From Perna viridis (Eukaryota), in the NCBI GenBank assembly GCA_037379345.1, contig CM074520.1:16719488-16783487 (forward strand): DNA of 64,000 bases, in the 5' to 3' direction. Each line of letters starts with the position of its first letter. Within the stretch, counting starts at the first letter, position 1. The translations under genes were made by a program, and so were the position numbers. The notes below the pieces were generated by a model, which saw only the letters and a list, made by a program, of their open reading frames with translations, ran no database searches and was not told the DNA's origin. Shown here in pieces: positions 37,993 through 53,294 of the stretch.

Positions 37993-40900
37993 TTTATCTT
38001 ATAAAGTGGCTTTAAAATGATTTATGACAAAATGTCGCTCACATCACGTTTGCAATATTAAAGACTTCAAGTCGAATTTCACCTTATAAACTCCTGTCAT
38101 TTGTCTAATGAAATTTAAGTGTGAACGTGTGAAATAACAACACGTGATTGTACGTAGCTCAGTAGGGGATATCGCATGTATAGAAAACATGTGGGTAACT
38201 GTTTGTATTTAAACTTACAGTTGTAGTTTTCTATAGGGAAATGATATGATAACTGGAGTTATTCTTTTTTGTATTTTATCTTGTTATGGAAAAAGTGAAA
38301 ATTATGAAATTAAACATTGACAGTTGCAACTTCCTAATTCAAAGTATCAGCAAAAAACTTAATTCGTGAGCAAAAAAAAAAAAAAAATAAGACATTATTT
38401 ATTTAGTGTTGGTGGTCATATTGTTGTTCTTCACGCTCTAATACTAATCATTTGTTTACTTTCTTTTTCGAAACTCGTGATCTGATTTTCAATGTTGAAT
38501 ATCGAAATGTATTTGATAAATTGATTAATCAGAGTATATTTAAAACAACGAATTCAAATGTATCAATTAAAAGCACATTAAAGGCGTAACATAAGTTATA
38601 AACAGTTCAACCCTTGAAAACACGTGAATTTCAATCATTTGGGCACACAAATTGCATGCGAAGTAGATTATTACCTGTGCATAATATTGTTTTAGGGCCA
38701 GCTGCAGCCTGCCCTGTGCCTTGAGGGTTTCCTCGTTATTAATTGAAGACCAATGGGGTGGTAATAAGCTCACATTTTGCATCGAACCGAAGGAAAAAAT
38801 TACACTTGAAAACTGAAGATAAGGGAAATAAGATGTCACACGATAAAAAAAAACTAAAGTACTAGAAATACAAACTCTCCAACAGACCGAAATTGACCAT
38901 CAAGAGCTCAGGAATGGTAGGTATGTCCACCAGCAATACCTGCCATATTGCAAGTAAGTATCATGCTGGAAACGAAGTAAACAACTTTGAATTAGTGGAA
39001 ACATAACCGGAATTAACAAAGGTCATCGTTTGTCTTTAATAACATTCCCTAGAAATACCTTCATTCATCAAAGAAAAAGAATTTCCAATATGAAAGAGGA
39101 CTGTTCAAAGAAAATAAAAGATACAGTGATCCCATGTCAATATTTATCAGTTCTTTATGTTAAGTACAGTACTATATTGTTTTGAAAAAAAAAAACACTG
39201 TAGATGCCGTCAAACTAATATTAATCAGTTTGGTAGTTTAATAATTTGTACATCTCTTAAAAAATATCCCCTTACTCATATTCCGGACTATATAAAGTTG
39301 ACTGTAAAAAAATAACAGCGTTTTGATTCTTTTCTGAAACAACAAGTAACCATATGCGCCGTTTATGTAATAACAAACAGGTTGTACATCATTTATAACG
39401 AGAATGGATTTGATGAATATACCAGAGAGACAACAACACCACCAGGATGAAATGTCAGCCCAAGGCCAGCCATAGGTTTTCACTGAATGAGAGGAATGAC
39501 TAGGAATAATAATCAACGGTTTATAACTTTATAAATATATATTTAGCCTACTAAACAATTGGTTTCAGTGTCAGCCATTTCATCTGGTTGAGTTTTATGG
39601 GGGAGTCTTGGTTGCTCATCATTTACCTTTGTTTTTTTATGTTTGTGCTTTTTTGTTATATCTTTGTTGTACTTGACTGTTTTCCGTACCTTGTTATTAT
39701 TCTTGGTTATATTCCTCTATTATGATTACGTGCCGTTCGAATTATTGTCCCTTTGATTTCCGTTTCACGTTGTCACCTGTAGATGCCTCATTGATTTAAC
39801 CAAGTGTAATGTACGACATAAATGCTTTTTTTCCACGGCGAGAAAAGGTCTTGAAGAGGATAAACATACTTTGGTCTTGTTTTGCAGGCACATCTGGACT
39901 CTTTATATATATCATTTTTCTTTTTTTCGTTTTTTACATACATAGTTTTTGACATATTTTAATTTAGTATTTTAGCATGATTTACAGTATTTAAACTTAT
40001 TTTATGCGACATTTATGCCCGAGAATATCTGAAGCATACCAAGCAAAATAAATGTTGTTGAACATGTTGATGGCTTTGATATAGAATTATTTTTTTTTAC
40101 TCAGAGTCATTTAGATGCCTCAGTCTATGTTAATGTACTTATGCATTTTTTTGGAAATTCGAATTCGTGAAGATCGCAATAGCGCTGGAGGTTGAATCTC
40201 TTATTTCAAGAGTAAGTTAAAATTTCGACGTAGATATGATTTGGAAGTAATGGATGTTGAAAGAATGTAATTGTAATTAGCAACACAGGACATATTTATT
40301 CCTATATAAACTAGCAGATTGCAAACTTTTCAAATCAAAAATAGCAAATACAAACTACTTTTAACTAATTGCAACACAAAAGGCGTAGATATGCTTGTAC
40401 AAACTTTACAAATACTTTTATCAACATATTCAGATAATGCACCTATAATAATTATTTGGTGAAACGATAAACATTGGTTCAAGTCGATGCGAGACAGGAG
40501 ACCAGCATGCGACTTGGCCTACGTAAAAAATTTCTCACAATCAAATCATTGTGAACTTAAATATAAAGCTCAGAATAACACGGTTAGCAATATAAAAATG
40601 TACATAACAGCAATTTTATGCTAATATTAATGGATCCCTTTCTGGTTTCGATTAACGTGACTCTGAAAAGCGATTTGCTAAATTCATGTATTGCACCACT
40701 GCACGACCCAAAAACTGACATTGAGCTCGTGTTTGCTCGTCGAAGTGCAATGTTCTAGACCAATACTTTTGTTCTGTCGCAGAATTAAAAAAAAGCGATA
40801 AAGATTTACCACCATTTGGTGGCACACGTAACGAAATTCGCACAGAAATAATCATACAATTACACGTATCAAAATGACCTATTGTATAAATATCAATCTG

Positions 40901-41009
40901 GATTTTTGCCTCGATTTTGTGCCGTACATTACTCGATCAAAATATATCACCATGTATAGATTTCATTAGATTCGAACCACAAAACATGCATAACTTTTGT
41001 GACATAAGA

Positions 41010-41500
41010 AAAGCATTTTGTAGGATCTGATTTTATAGCTGGGGTTAAAGGTAAACTTCTTTCTTGGTTATAATACTGTCTAACTAACGAAAAACAATTA
41101 GTAGTGCTAAACAAGGAAATTTTATTTTTAGGGTCGATGCATGGCGATGTCTCTCAGGGTTCGGTTTCAGGCCTGTCTTGTTCTTGATTCATCAGATATC
41201 ATTATAGCTTTGTATAAATTGTTTGCTGATGATACTTCACGTGGTCATGTTGGTGATAATGAGACCACATTGGTCAATCCTACGAACACTGACCTCGACA
41301 ATATATCAAAATGGTCTAAAAGATGGTTATTTAGCCTCAACCCTGACAAAATAAAGTTCGTGTACTTAATACACATAACAGATTTACAGATAATAGTTTT
41401 TGGTTACAAAATCACCTAGATGTAATCTTCACTGTACTGCTACTGTAAGAACGATGATATTTATCGAGAAACTGGAAAGGAGCCATTGAAAGACTATTAA
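41010..41500 (+). mobile_element. CR1/L2-group LINE reverse-transcriptase remnant
   Basis: GVKGKLLSWL, KQLVVLN, DVSQGSVSG, KLFADDTS and DLDNISKWSKRWLFSLNPDK across frameshifts. Confidence 0.75.
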
Positions 41501-41518
41501 CTATAACGTAAAAGGAAC

Positions 41519-42538
41519 AAAGAGTAATCAAGGGAACCAAGGTTATAGCGGTAATCAAAAACATGTAATCCATGGACAAAGACCAGATATGAAAAACAGA
41601 CATACACAACAAAGAACATAAAGTAACTAAAATCATGCATGCAAAGTAACAAAAGTAAATGAGCAACTCGGTATCCAATAATAACTGGGAGCATGGACCA
41701 GGTGCGTCCTCTGCTTTTCTAGAAATACCCGTCGAGTTGCTCATAAGACAGTCAAGTCCGGGTCAGACGAAAGAGGAAAGGAAAACCATGACACGTTGAA
41801 CAAATCAGCATTCATGGCGCAGATAGATATACCGTAGCGATCCACGAGTTCATGCTGACGACCATAAAACTACTGTAGTGATGACTTCAATCTTGTCAAA
41901 AAACAACATAACCCTGTTCCAGAAGCCTATTTGTAAGAATTCTAGCACGATACAAAAAGTCCGCGTAGTTTCGGCAAGCTCTGGCATAACGTATGAGTTG
42001 TGATATGAACACTCCATACGCAGGTACTGAAGGGATGGTGCCACAGATGAAAGGAAAGTGGACACTTCTGAATGAAAAGGCATCACGTTTGTTGTAAAGT
42101 TTGGTCAATAGTTTTCCTTTACCATCGATTTCTAAGTGTAGGTCAAGGTATGAAGCTGACCTCACAGTGTCTGTATATCCTTTATCTCAAGTTCTTTGGG
42201 GTAGATGCGATGTATCGAATGCCCAAAATCAGGATAATACGTCATCTATACAGCGGAAACTGAGATCTAGCTAAACGATATTATTTCTTTCGGCTATAAA
42301 GTCAGCCTCAGAAGAGTGAAGGAACAGGTCAGCAAGTACAGGATCACAATTAGTTCCCATTGGAATGCGGACCGTTTGTTGTAAATCGCGTCCGCCACAC
42401 TTGACAAAGATATTGTCGATTAAAGGTTCCAGCATTTTGTAAACATCTTATGTATATTTGGAAGATGATTTGGAATTATTTGTTGACAAAGTATGAGGAA
42501 TCTCTACCAAGAACTATATATTTGAATCTAGGTGTACT
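41519..42538 (-). mobile_element. PLE copy F
   Basis: ORF 41896-42165 SASYLDLHLEIDGKGKLLTKLY...LIRYARAC; same 3' terminus aagagtaatcaagggaacc. Confidence 0.88.
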
Positions 42539-42941
42539 ACTTTATCATTCCTATGACTTAATTGTCTATTTGTCAACAAACCTTCTTACAACCAACTCTA
42601 ATGTTATTGGACGATAGGAAATTACACTAAGACAGGACGCTTCTTTTGAAATTCTTATATATAATATAAAGTCAAAAAACAACAAGGAAACAATTCCACA
42701 ACTATTGCAAAGTGGGAGACCGTTTGCAAAAATTCACGAATACGAGAATAAAAGACAAGTAAAGTAAATATGACCTTTTCTCCAAAAAATATTATTAAAG
42801 TTGGAAGGTGTGACTGTGCACAAGCTAAAGAAACTGCAATTTTTTTTCTACATTGTAAATTTTCCTTTTTTATTATTTCATATTATTGTCTTTTTACTTC
42901 TTTCTTTAACATGTTCTTCTTAGTGTAACAATAACTTATTC

Positions 42942-43049
42942 ATTTGCGTGTCATTTACAGAGTTATCTCCTCTTAGGAGATTAAAATTATATAGAATGCA
43001 CTGTAGATTTCAAAAGTAAAGGAGATAACTCTGTAAATGACACGCAAAT
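42942..43049. repeat. Perfect 30-bp inverted repeat with 48-bp spacer (mini-MITE/fold-back)
   Basis: atttgcgtgtcatttacagagttatctcct (42942-42971) / aggagataactctgtaaatgacacgcaaat (43020-43049). Confidence 0.85.
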
Positions 43050-46000
43050 ACAATATAACATATTAGATTTTCAATGTTGGGTATCTCCAAAGAGAATGCA
43101 GATCTGAATGAATAATTACACATATAATAGTATAGACCTTTAAAACAACTTAATTACAAAAATAAGAATCAGTAGCTTTTTTAGGGGTGTATCACATTTT
43201 TAAGATTGTGCATGATTTATACAAAGACGGCTACTTAATTGTAAACAAAAGTAATAATTTGATGTGGCATTCAATAGTAAATTATTTATATATGATTCTT
43301 TAAATGACACGATAAAAGTTCGATAAAACAAATTATTTTTCTAAAATGTAGCCTTCTGTAAAAAAGTAGAAACAAATTTGTTATTACCTTACTTGATTCT
43401 ATTATGTTTTTGTTTTCATTGACATATCATAGTTATTTTATTTGGTCATGAATAAGTTATTGTATGAAAACTGAAAGTTAGTCTTCCTCACAAATAAAAA
43501 ACCTGATGAGAAAATGTTTTATATTCAGTTTTATGGAAGTTGTTTATGAGCTTCAGATTAAAATTAAACTATTTGTTTATTGACAAAAGCATATATATCG
43601 ATCAAAATTTTCAGCAAATTACAAATTCCAATACAGAAATCAATTTCAAATTAGGGCATAGTTCATTTGCTTTCTTAAATCCAAACCAAATATGTGGCCT
43701 TGTTATCTGCGCATTTTTTTTAAATTAAATATTACAAAGCATATATATGTACACCTAACCAAAAGATATCAGAAAGTCATACATGTACTGTAGGTCACAA
43801 CATAGCTTTGAAAATCTTTATCAATATAGTATACCTAGTAACAAAATTAGCTCTATATCAAAAATAAATAATGAGTGTAGAGACAGTCATAAAAAAACAG
43901 GATGATTTATATGTCCTCCGGTTGTTTAAAAAAATCTATGTACGTAAACCTTATGGGTGTTATTAATTTCATCCATATATTTTTTGGTATGGCCAACGAC
44001 AAATATAATATTTAAGGTGCTCAGACAATTAAAGACGTTGCATGGAGATCAACTGTTTTAAGTGTCGCTACATAGTTGATAACATTTATAGAAGACGAAC
44101 TCCTCATAACGGTATTTAATGTGCTATTAAGACATAGCTGAGAAGCACTGAGAGCTTAATTTTGGTCTGACAGGAAGTCATGTCTCTCAGGGCTTCCAAT
44201 ACAAAATTTTGTATTTTCCTATCTTCCTTGCTAAAAGCGTTTATTATATAGTCTTCAATCATTACTTGAATTCATATCTTTTTTTCCTTTCCGACATGCC
44301 ATAAGAGTAAGCATTCCTGGCTTCAGTCAGATAGTCCCAAGTTCAAAAACGAAGTAATACCAGTCTCACTAATAAGCGACAAGGCGTGTCAAAGAGCCAA
44401 AAATATGTCTATAAAAAGCCACAAAAATGGGTAAAATGGTGACAGAATATTTGTACATTTCTATATATTCAACGCTGTCCTATTACAGCTTACACTTGCC
44501 TCATATTATTGTACATATACTGTAGAATCAGTATGCCTATGTATTCATGAGTTTTTCTGTAGTTAAGAAAAGGCTCCCAAGCACTCTGAGAATCAAAACT
44601 CTTAGAACAATTAAAATGTCACGGACCGCATAAATATAAATAAATTTCAAGAAATTAATGCAGTATCAAAGCACTTTCATTCTTAAGAAAATTATTGATT
44701 ACCACTGATATCAACACCTTAACCATTTTTTACTAACAACCTCTGTCATTGTTTACAACGTCAAGCGTTTCGATCTTGCGTCAAGCATAAAATTATACAA
44801 TCATGTTTGCTTAAAATAAATTAATAAGTGTGAAAAATTGTATAAGAATCAAAGGAGGAAGAAATTTAAAATATACATGAAGCATAGTTCAAGCATAGTG
44901 TTTTCCAAACAGCATTTTATGGTTTCCTTTCAACGCTAATACATGTATTATCTAGCAATTCGTTTTTTTAATCGAATCAAGTGCCAGTCCTTAGTGTACC
45001 AACTACTTTCGCAACGTATTTGGTGCGTGTTTCTAGAAAAGCATTGGTCGCTTTCGCTACCGGTGCACCTGGCATAATCTCTACGTTTCTAGTGTAATCT
45101 AGGTTGCTGATTTACTTTTGTATCTTGGTATCTGTTTTAGTATTGTGTGTATATTTTTCCGCGTATAGTCTTCATCCCTGAAAAAAGATCGTTTGATATC
45201 CACTCTGAACTTGATTCCCTTCATCTCTATTTCACTTTGCTGGCCTCCAAAATTACAGATGAAGACCAAGCCTATCGTATCAGTTGGCCACATGAGTTAC
45301 ATATATAATGTATTATGTCCCATGCGTTTCAAATGAAAAGAACAAACAATATGTGAAACACGTCCGATTTGAGAAAATTTCAAGAAATTCAGTTGTTGTC
45401 AGTTTTATAAGAGTTTACCATTGTAATGTAAATAAACCACCAGATCGGTTCAGACTGTCTATTTTTAGCATTTTCCCCTGATTTGTTTTAAAAAAATTCC
45501 AAATACACCTCTTGAATTGTATACACTTTCCATTCCCACTGTCTCCATCCCCATTTCTCACAGAAAATTCCACAATGGAAAAATGCCCGTTCGCCAATAT
45601 AATCTGCATTGATTTTTTTATTCAATACACACTGGTATAATAAAACTAATAAAGTCCACAACATTTCAACTGTTCATCTTGATTAGATTTATAATTGTTT
45701 TCATATAAATAAGTACCTTACAAAACTAAATTCCCCATAGTCTCCATTCAAAATTCCCATCCCCCATACAATCTTCCTGTTCCCAATCCCACTTAACTAA
45801 ATAATGGGAAGTTTATCAAATACAAACACTGTTCCAAAATGTCGCGTTTTGTAGCAATGTGTTTGTGTGTCAATTGTTTGTTGTACATATTCATTTGTTT
45901 TTACTTATGAATAAAAACAAATGTCATGATAAATAAACATAAGTGGTGTAAGTGCAAATAAATCATATTGCGTCATCACAAAGTCATGTGAAATCAACAG

Positions 46001-49000
46001 ATTCTCTTACATTTTGTACTAAATTACTTAAATCCGTTCTACTTTTGTTGTGTTTTTACGACTTCACTGTCATATGTAGAAAAAAAAATATTCAGAGGAG
46101 ATCAAATATCATGAACTTTTGGACACGAAAAGCATGATTGAAAACAACAGGATATGTATTTATATCCAATTCATACAATTGTATTGTATTTGATAAAATA
46201 AAGAGTCGAAGTGACTCCAATTTTATCATTCATCATTGCGCTCAGGTTTTACAAAATAATATCATTTATCGTCATGTAAGGATCAAAACTTGAAACAGTG
46301 TTGTTTTTTTAATGAAATATCAAGAAAACTCAAACTGTTATTTAAAGGCAAACAATCATTTTTTTATCACTTTGAACGATTATTTTCCTTTATCAACTCT
46401 CGAATGCAATCATGATATCGAATCTTCAGGAACAAATGAAGGAATTTGGTGAGGAAGTCCCTCCTTATTATAAATATGACACATACAATCTATGAACTCA
46501 ATATTTTACGCTCAATCTCAGGTATGCATTTTAAAAACCATCATGTAGCATATTACCAAAATAGAAGAGTATTTAATACCAATAGTGCTTACACATTGGA
46601 ATCACAGATGCACATGCATGGTGTAATATTTAAATACATTGCAACGAATTTTCAGTCGAGTAAATATTTCGTCTTTATCCACTATGTGCACTTAAAAAGG
46701 CAAAACGTTGAAGTAAAAGTTTCTGTAAACAATGGTATCTCTAAGGGTTTCAGATGTATTGTTGAAACATAAGCTCAAGAGAGAAAACTGAAATTAGTGC
46801 TACATATTATTCCGTGAAAAAAATGTGGTCTTCTGTGCTTGATTTCGATGCATGAATTCACACTTGTCTTTTTGTTCCGAATGACCCCAGATTTGTCTCC
46901 GAATAATCTTTCGACGTCGATGAATGAAAAAGACGAGAACATGCATTATTTTGAACAGTGGCGTCCACGAATGAAAGTAAACATATGTTTCACAGACAAT
47001 TATGCAAAGACTGTGGAATGACAACAATTAAAACAAATCACTTGTTGTATTGGAATCTCTGATATGTCACGGTTAATTTACTGTTGTTGCATGTAACGTA
47101 AAATGTGACAGCCATCGGGTAACATCTCCGAAATCGAACTTTTTAGCCCTTATTTTACTGAAACATGATCAAATGCAGCATGTATCAAGTCTTTTTATTG
47201 AACATGAGAGTTAAATTTATGATGTTTACGTGAAAACGTAACAGACTAATCAAAATCTATTTCATACTGAAAATTTGTTACATACTACATTAAGAAAAGT
47301 AAGGTTGTAATTCGAAGCAGAAAAATATTATGAAAATTTTGCATTTTTAATCACAGTTACTGTATAACTACCGAATAAGTGGGGACTGGGGAAACAAAAT
47401 CTCCACTTTTTCAAAACTGTTTTTAGAAGAAAGATATATGCATTCACCACGTTCAATAGGACCTCTATATCATTGTTCAGAATTCTCAACACCTATAAAT
47501 GTAGTTTTGTCGCAGATGCTTTTACTTCATAAGAAAAAACATACCAGCGGATGGGTCATGACGTCAACATGTCTTATTAACATTCTGTTGTGAACAGCTA
47601 ATTTAAATTGAACGCTATTTTTTTAGACATGATTAAATCTTACCAAATTGTTAAATGACCCAAGCGTCGCAATATGCAGGTTGAATATTAAGAGGCACTC
47701 TCCTCTGTAACCATAAACAATTCTTTTTAACGAAATCGCATTGCATGTTACCCCAAGTAATGGACAGAAAGATAAAAACATTTTTGAAACTTTTGTCACT
47801 GTTACCATGGTATTAAAAGCGTCTAAACCTTGTGGTTCTTCCTGTTGTATTTGCATATTTTAATTTATTTTTAAAATCTTTCATTTTACAACTATATCTC
47901 CAATTTTTGCTGAATGGATTGAAAGATGGTAATCCACCACATGGTTATTTTCCTTTTCAGTATACCGATTTCAATTTTATTCATGCGTAGAAAGGGGGGA
48001 TTCTACATGAATAAACAAAATTACCCAGGAACAGAAGGAAACAAAAGCATGTAGGTCCTTTGTTCGTAGAAGTTATCGATGCTTTAGTGCATTTCACTTG
48101 TTTAAATATTTATATATGGGTTGAGGATTGCATGCTATTTTAAATCACCATCACTGGACTATTCAAATTACATACAATTGCTAAATTCCAATGACCAAAT
48201 AGATGCTGAAATTGTTATATCGGAGGCAGGGTTACCCCCATACACAGGTAACTGTAGTAAGATTTTCTCATGCTGGGCTTACTTCAGCCATTATTTAAGA
48301 TTGAATGAGACTCGTAAGAAGAAAGAACAGTTATCTACCAACTTCCAATAGATTCACCCTGACATTGACTTAACTACCTCACATAAAAAAAACAAGAAAG
48401 AAAGTAGGGGACTTCGAGCATCTGAAGTCCTGACAGTTCACCAACATCATGGACTTTTTTTGCCTATACGAACCCGTAAGTTATTTTTTTTTATCTTTGG
48501 GATAAATCGGTAATGAGAATTCTAAGAAGTAAATGACATTGTCCATCTTCCAGATGCACGACCGTCATTTTAGGTCACTTTGACACCTGTATTATTCACT
48601 GTTTATTTGTACCTCTAAAATATCGAGCCACTATTAAGAAAGCAAAATGTCCACAGTATTTACATACATACATGTATTGAGTTGAAAATATGTACCTTGG
48701 CATTTCATTATGGATGGACTATGGGTAGGTATGTATGCTTTTAGCAACATTGAAAAAAAGTTGTTTGTTTTCCCTCTCCCTACCATTGGTCCTTACTCTA
48801 GATATTTCTTGTATTTTATTGCTTTTTGAACATTTTTAACTTTGTCTTGTACTTTTATTCTTACTGGTCAAATCATAAATATTTTTAAAATTTGAAAAAA
48901 AAAAATAATACCGGTACATACATACCTACCATAAGTTTCTACTCTTGTATAAAGTATCAGGAGAAGGACAACATTTTTAATGTAGCCGTATGTGCTATAC

Positions 49001-49936
49001 ATGGTACATGTGTATACACTTTCTGTAATTGTAGAATGACTGAATTTGTATCATGTAACTAAGGTTTCTACTATACAAATATGGGGTGTCGAATAACGCA
49101 AAGCTGTTTTCTGCCACGGCATAATATCTTCTCCTGGTTACCTTTTCAGTTTTAAGCAACGTCAATGACACGAAGATGTAACAAGTTAAAAAGTTCTCTT
49201 GCCGACTGCGGCCATCGAAATATTGTTGAATAAAGCACCTATTTTGGGCAAATTTCGCATGTTTATTTAGCAAATGTGGTTGCAGGATACTAACAGTGCA
49301 TGACAATTGTCGAAAATATCAATATATTTATTTGTCCTCGATGCGAAACGGTCTGATTAACTCAGGATTGGAAGTCTCAAAAAGATAAAAGCATTAGAAG
49401 TACATGTACCAGACGATATTGAAACAACAGAACAAGAAAGAAATGAAGACACTGGCTTATGAATTTTATATGATCATGTAGACAATGTCGAAATATTAAA
49501 ATTGAAAAGGAGGACTTCCGAAATGTCCATCCTAAAAATTGATGTCAAAAATACATTTACTAACCTTTGTATACATGATAAAAAAATATGTTGATTTCAA
49601 ATATATCATTTCATATCCATCACAAAAGAGTACTTGAGGAAATAAGGCATGACTTTGTTCTAAAAATATCATTTCTGTCAGATTTCAATTTAATTATTGA
49701 AATTGATCAAGTCAAATAAACGTATCGTTTAAAAATTCATATTCTGTGGCTTAATTGACAATGATGATGTCATAAACCAATCCTACAAACTGGAGTCTCA
49801 GTAATGGCATATTAAACAAATAGCTGGTTTTTTTTCTTAATTTGTCAGTAGTTATTTTATGATTATTATAAGCCTATTATGATTGATATTTGTCATTGTC
49901 ATAAAAAAAAATACATGCAAATGTAATAAAGTCGGT

Positions 49937-49974
<38 letters not shown>

Positions 49975-51129
49975 TTTTTTAGAATATCTGTACTTTCGAT
50001 AAATGAAATAATTACCTCTGACACAGTCCAGGCAAATTCAATATAGTGCTTGTGTGTAAATATTATAAAAAACAAATTCAGTCCTACTGAAAGCTACTTA
50101 TACCAGTTACTCAACTACATTCTTTATTAATGCCCTGCCAACTTTTGGTGACAACCAATACTGCCTTGACATATATTAATAACACAAAATTACTTAGGTT
50201 AAACATATGTCAGATTTATATACCCCTACAGAATTATCTTTCAGCTTTTTTGTACATTTTAAAATTGAGTTATTTGAGATATTTTACTAGGGCCAGACAG
50301 GCCTTTCTTAATTATTATACTTAGATGTTTATAAGTATATTTAACTCTTTCTCTTAAGCGGTACATGGCAATACCTGCTGGACACCTTAGATGACTGAAA
50401 TTAACAAAAGAATTTATGCTGTTTAAACAACAGATCTAAATAGGTCAAATATCAATTGAAAGAGTAACTTCATTTCATATTTATAGGTATTCCTGTATGC
50501 ACAAAATGCATACATGTATACCACTCCAGTCACCAAGGAATGTAATTAAATATTATGTATGAAGTAAATATCTACTTAAATATATTTGCTTTTTCCAGGG
50601 CTCTCAAGATTCAATGGAGTGTGAATATTTGGATTGCACAAGAAGTTCATCTCAGGATTTAGAATTTCAGGTATAATGCAAAATAAACCTGTCGTGCCAT
50701 TTATCTTTGTCATTCCAGTGAAACTACTGAAAATACTTTCATGCAAATACTTTAATGTAATGGCAGTTTTCAATAAAATTTTGTTTGAATAGTAGCTGTA
50801 ATATACACATATAAATGTACATGAAGTACATGTATGTTAATTGCAGAAGTCTGATATGAGGAAATATTTTGACGGATGTCGCAACTTCTCTTGAATGGTT
50901 CAGTATGTTATGATAAAACTTAAAACAATAATTTAAGTATAAATATGAAGATGTCACTGCTGGCTAAAATTGTGACTGTAGTGACCATGCACAGTTTAAA
51001 TATAACTGAGGAAAACAAATAATGTCTACTTAAACGCTCATTTCGTTTTACTAAGTCAGATTTTGACCATATCAACACCTAAAATGCTCATTAAAATCAC
51101 AATTTGTATTTGTCTAATTCAACATAAAA

Positions 51130-51392
51130 ATGCGTTGTCTTACAACATCAAAGCAAATTCAGTGTTGAGTAGGACACAAAATGTCTAACGCAACGTTTTG
51201 TGCATTGAGGTGGACACATTTTCTCTACCCCAACGCAAAAAGAGTTGACGTAGACTTTTTTTGTCTTACCCAAGCCAAAAAGCGTTGACATCCACATTTT
51301 TTTTACTAACTCAACTTTAAAGGTGTTGACATAGCCGAAAAAGTCTACATAAACATTTTATTTTGTTTAGATCTCTTTTCAGTAGTCAACCA
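51130..51392. repeat. Degenerate ~40-bp tandem array of palindromic units (gtctacNcaac...gttgNgtagac)
   Basis: gtcta/gtctt-like starts near 51137, 51183, 51222, 51263 and 51343, alternating with gttga..tag/gac half-sites. Confidence 0.55.
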
Positions 51393-53294
51393 AGTATAAA
51401 AGAGAAGACAGCATTGCAAAGTTAAAAACTATTATTGAACGTAAAGTACTGCCTCCAATTGTCTTGCCGAAATTTGAATGGTCATCCATGTAGAAACCGA
51501 CTCACTAATGCTTGAATGCAAAATGTATGTCTTAACAATTTATATAATATCGTTAGTTAGAACTATATCATTCGTCATCTATGTTCATTGGTTGTACATG
51601 GAATATTCTGTGTGATAATTGGAGGATCAGTACTAATAAAAAAGACTAAAAATCTAAACAAAACTCAGGTTATAGACTAAAGCGTACATTCAATACACTA
51701 ATCAATCTGTATTATCAAAAACGATTCTGTTTCCCCATCTTGCTAGGATTTTGATCACAAAACGATTTCAAGTATGGTATAAATTCTACTTGGACAAATT
51801 AAGGATGATCGCCAAGGAAAATGTACTGATATCGTTATAGTTGCTTAAACCGGTATAAATGCGTATTTTAAATTTTTATTTAACTTTTGCAATTTTCTTG
51901 ATATGCTCTCGGTTTACTTGTTCCCTCCATCTTGGGTGCGTTTTTCTCATAAATATTAATTCGCAAATGTTTAATTGCCATGGAAGGTTTATTTAGGATA
52001 AATCAGTATGACCCCGAAATCTCACATCTGATTCCCTTTTTGTTAATTTTAGTTTCACGGTTTTTCAAAGTAGCTTCATGATCAACACACATCATGCGAC
52101 AGAGCCTAGTTATGCTAGCTTAGGGAAACAATATTACACGATATAGTATGCTAACAACTTATATGGATATTGTTTCGATGTACATCAACGCTACTCAACA
52201 CAATGATCTATGTAATATTGCAGTGTTCCTTCTTTTTATTGATTTTTAGGTGAAGTTTCAATTTGAAAGTGTGTGTGTATCCTTGTCTCTTTTATGGTAC
52301 AATAATACTGTCTGGAAGTGTATATTTCATAAGTTCTTAGGCTAAAAGCTGGTTATTTAACAAATAAATAGACATTTAAATCTTAAAAGAGTTAGCCCAT
52401 TGCTAAGTAGGTGGTAGTTCCCTCTTAGTTTTCTTGTTTTTTTTTAACAATGAATATGACATATTATAGCCATCAGAATATATACCTGTTTGATTATATA
52501 CATTAGAATACTTCAAATTTTGAAGTTCGGGATCGGACATTAAAGTCGGCTGGAACACCTGCTGTAGTGATTGTGGTACAGTACCTGAACTAATCCGTGT
52601 AACAAAAATTTCACCGATCAGTTTATGGTCAGTCATCGATCCGTCAAACCGATCCATTTAACTGGTAATCGCATCACGTGAGCACAGAGCGGTCAATGTA
52701 TTTTACGGCTTTATGTTTTCTTTGTCAATTTTACACATATTTATATAATGTAAAAGATTTCAACATCAATTTATACTTTTATTTTACATTTCTTTTATTA
52801 TAAAACAGATCTTACGTCATTTTACATAACAAAACTGCGATCAGATCGGTCACCACCTATTGGTCATCGACCCGTCAGCGATCAATCAGTCAACGGTCAT
52901 CGATCCGTCAAATCGTTGCTTGGATCGGTTCAATGACTGTACAAATTGATTTAATGGAACAGCAGACAAAAAAAATCAACAGTAGAAATAATTCCACACG
53001 TGGATGTCCTTCGTATTGTAGGTTTCTGGTATTAATTCCGGTGACACTATTGGTGTCAATATCAATCCCGAACTTTTAAGCTGGCTCAAACATTATCAAA
53101 ATCTTCAACAGGAGGAGTCGGTGTTCGAGAAGAGGTCTGTGTGGGTCGTTGGCCTCTTCTCCTTGTGCTGGCGTTTTGAGATTATTTTTTCGACCAAATT
53201 TACAAGGGCTGTTTTCTTTCTATTACTGGTTTTGGGATGGTGCCTACATAATAATAATACATGACATTTTTTTTTAAGACTGTGATGATAAATA

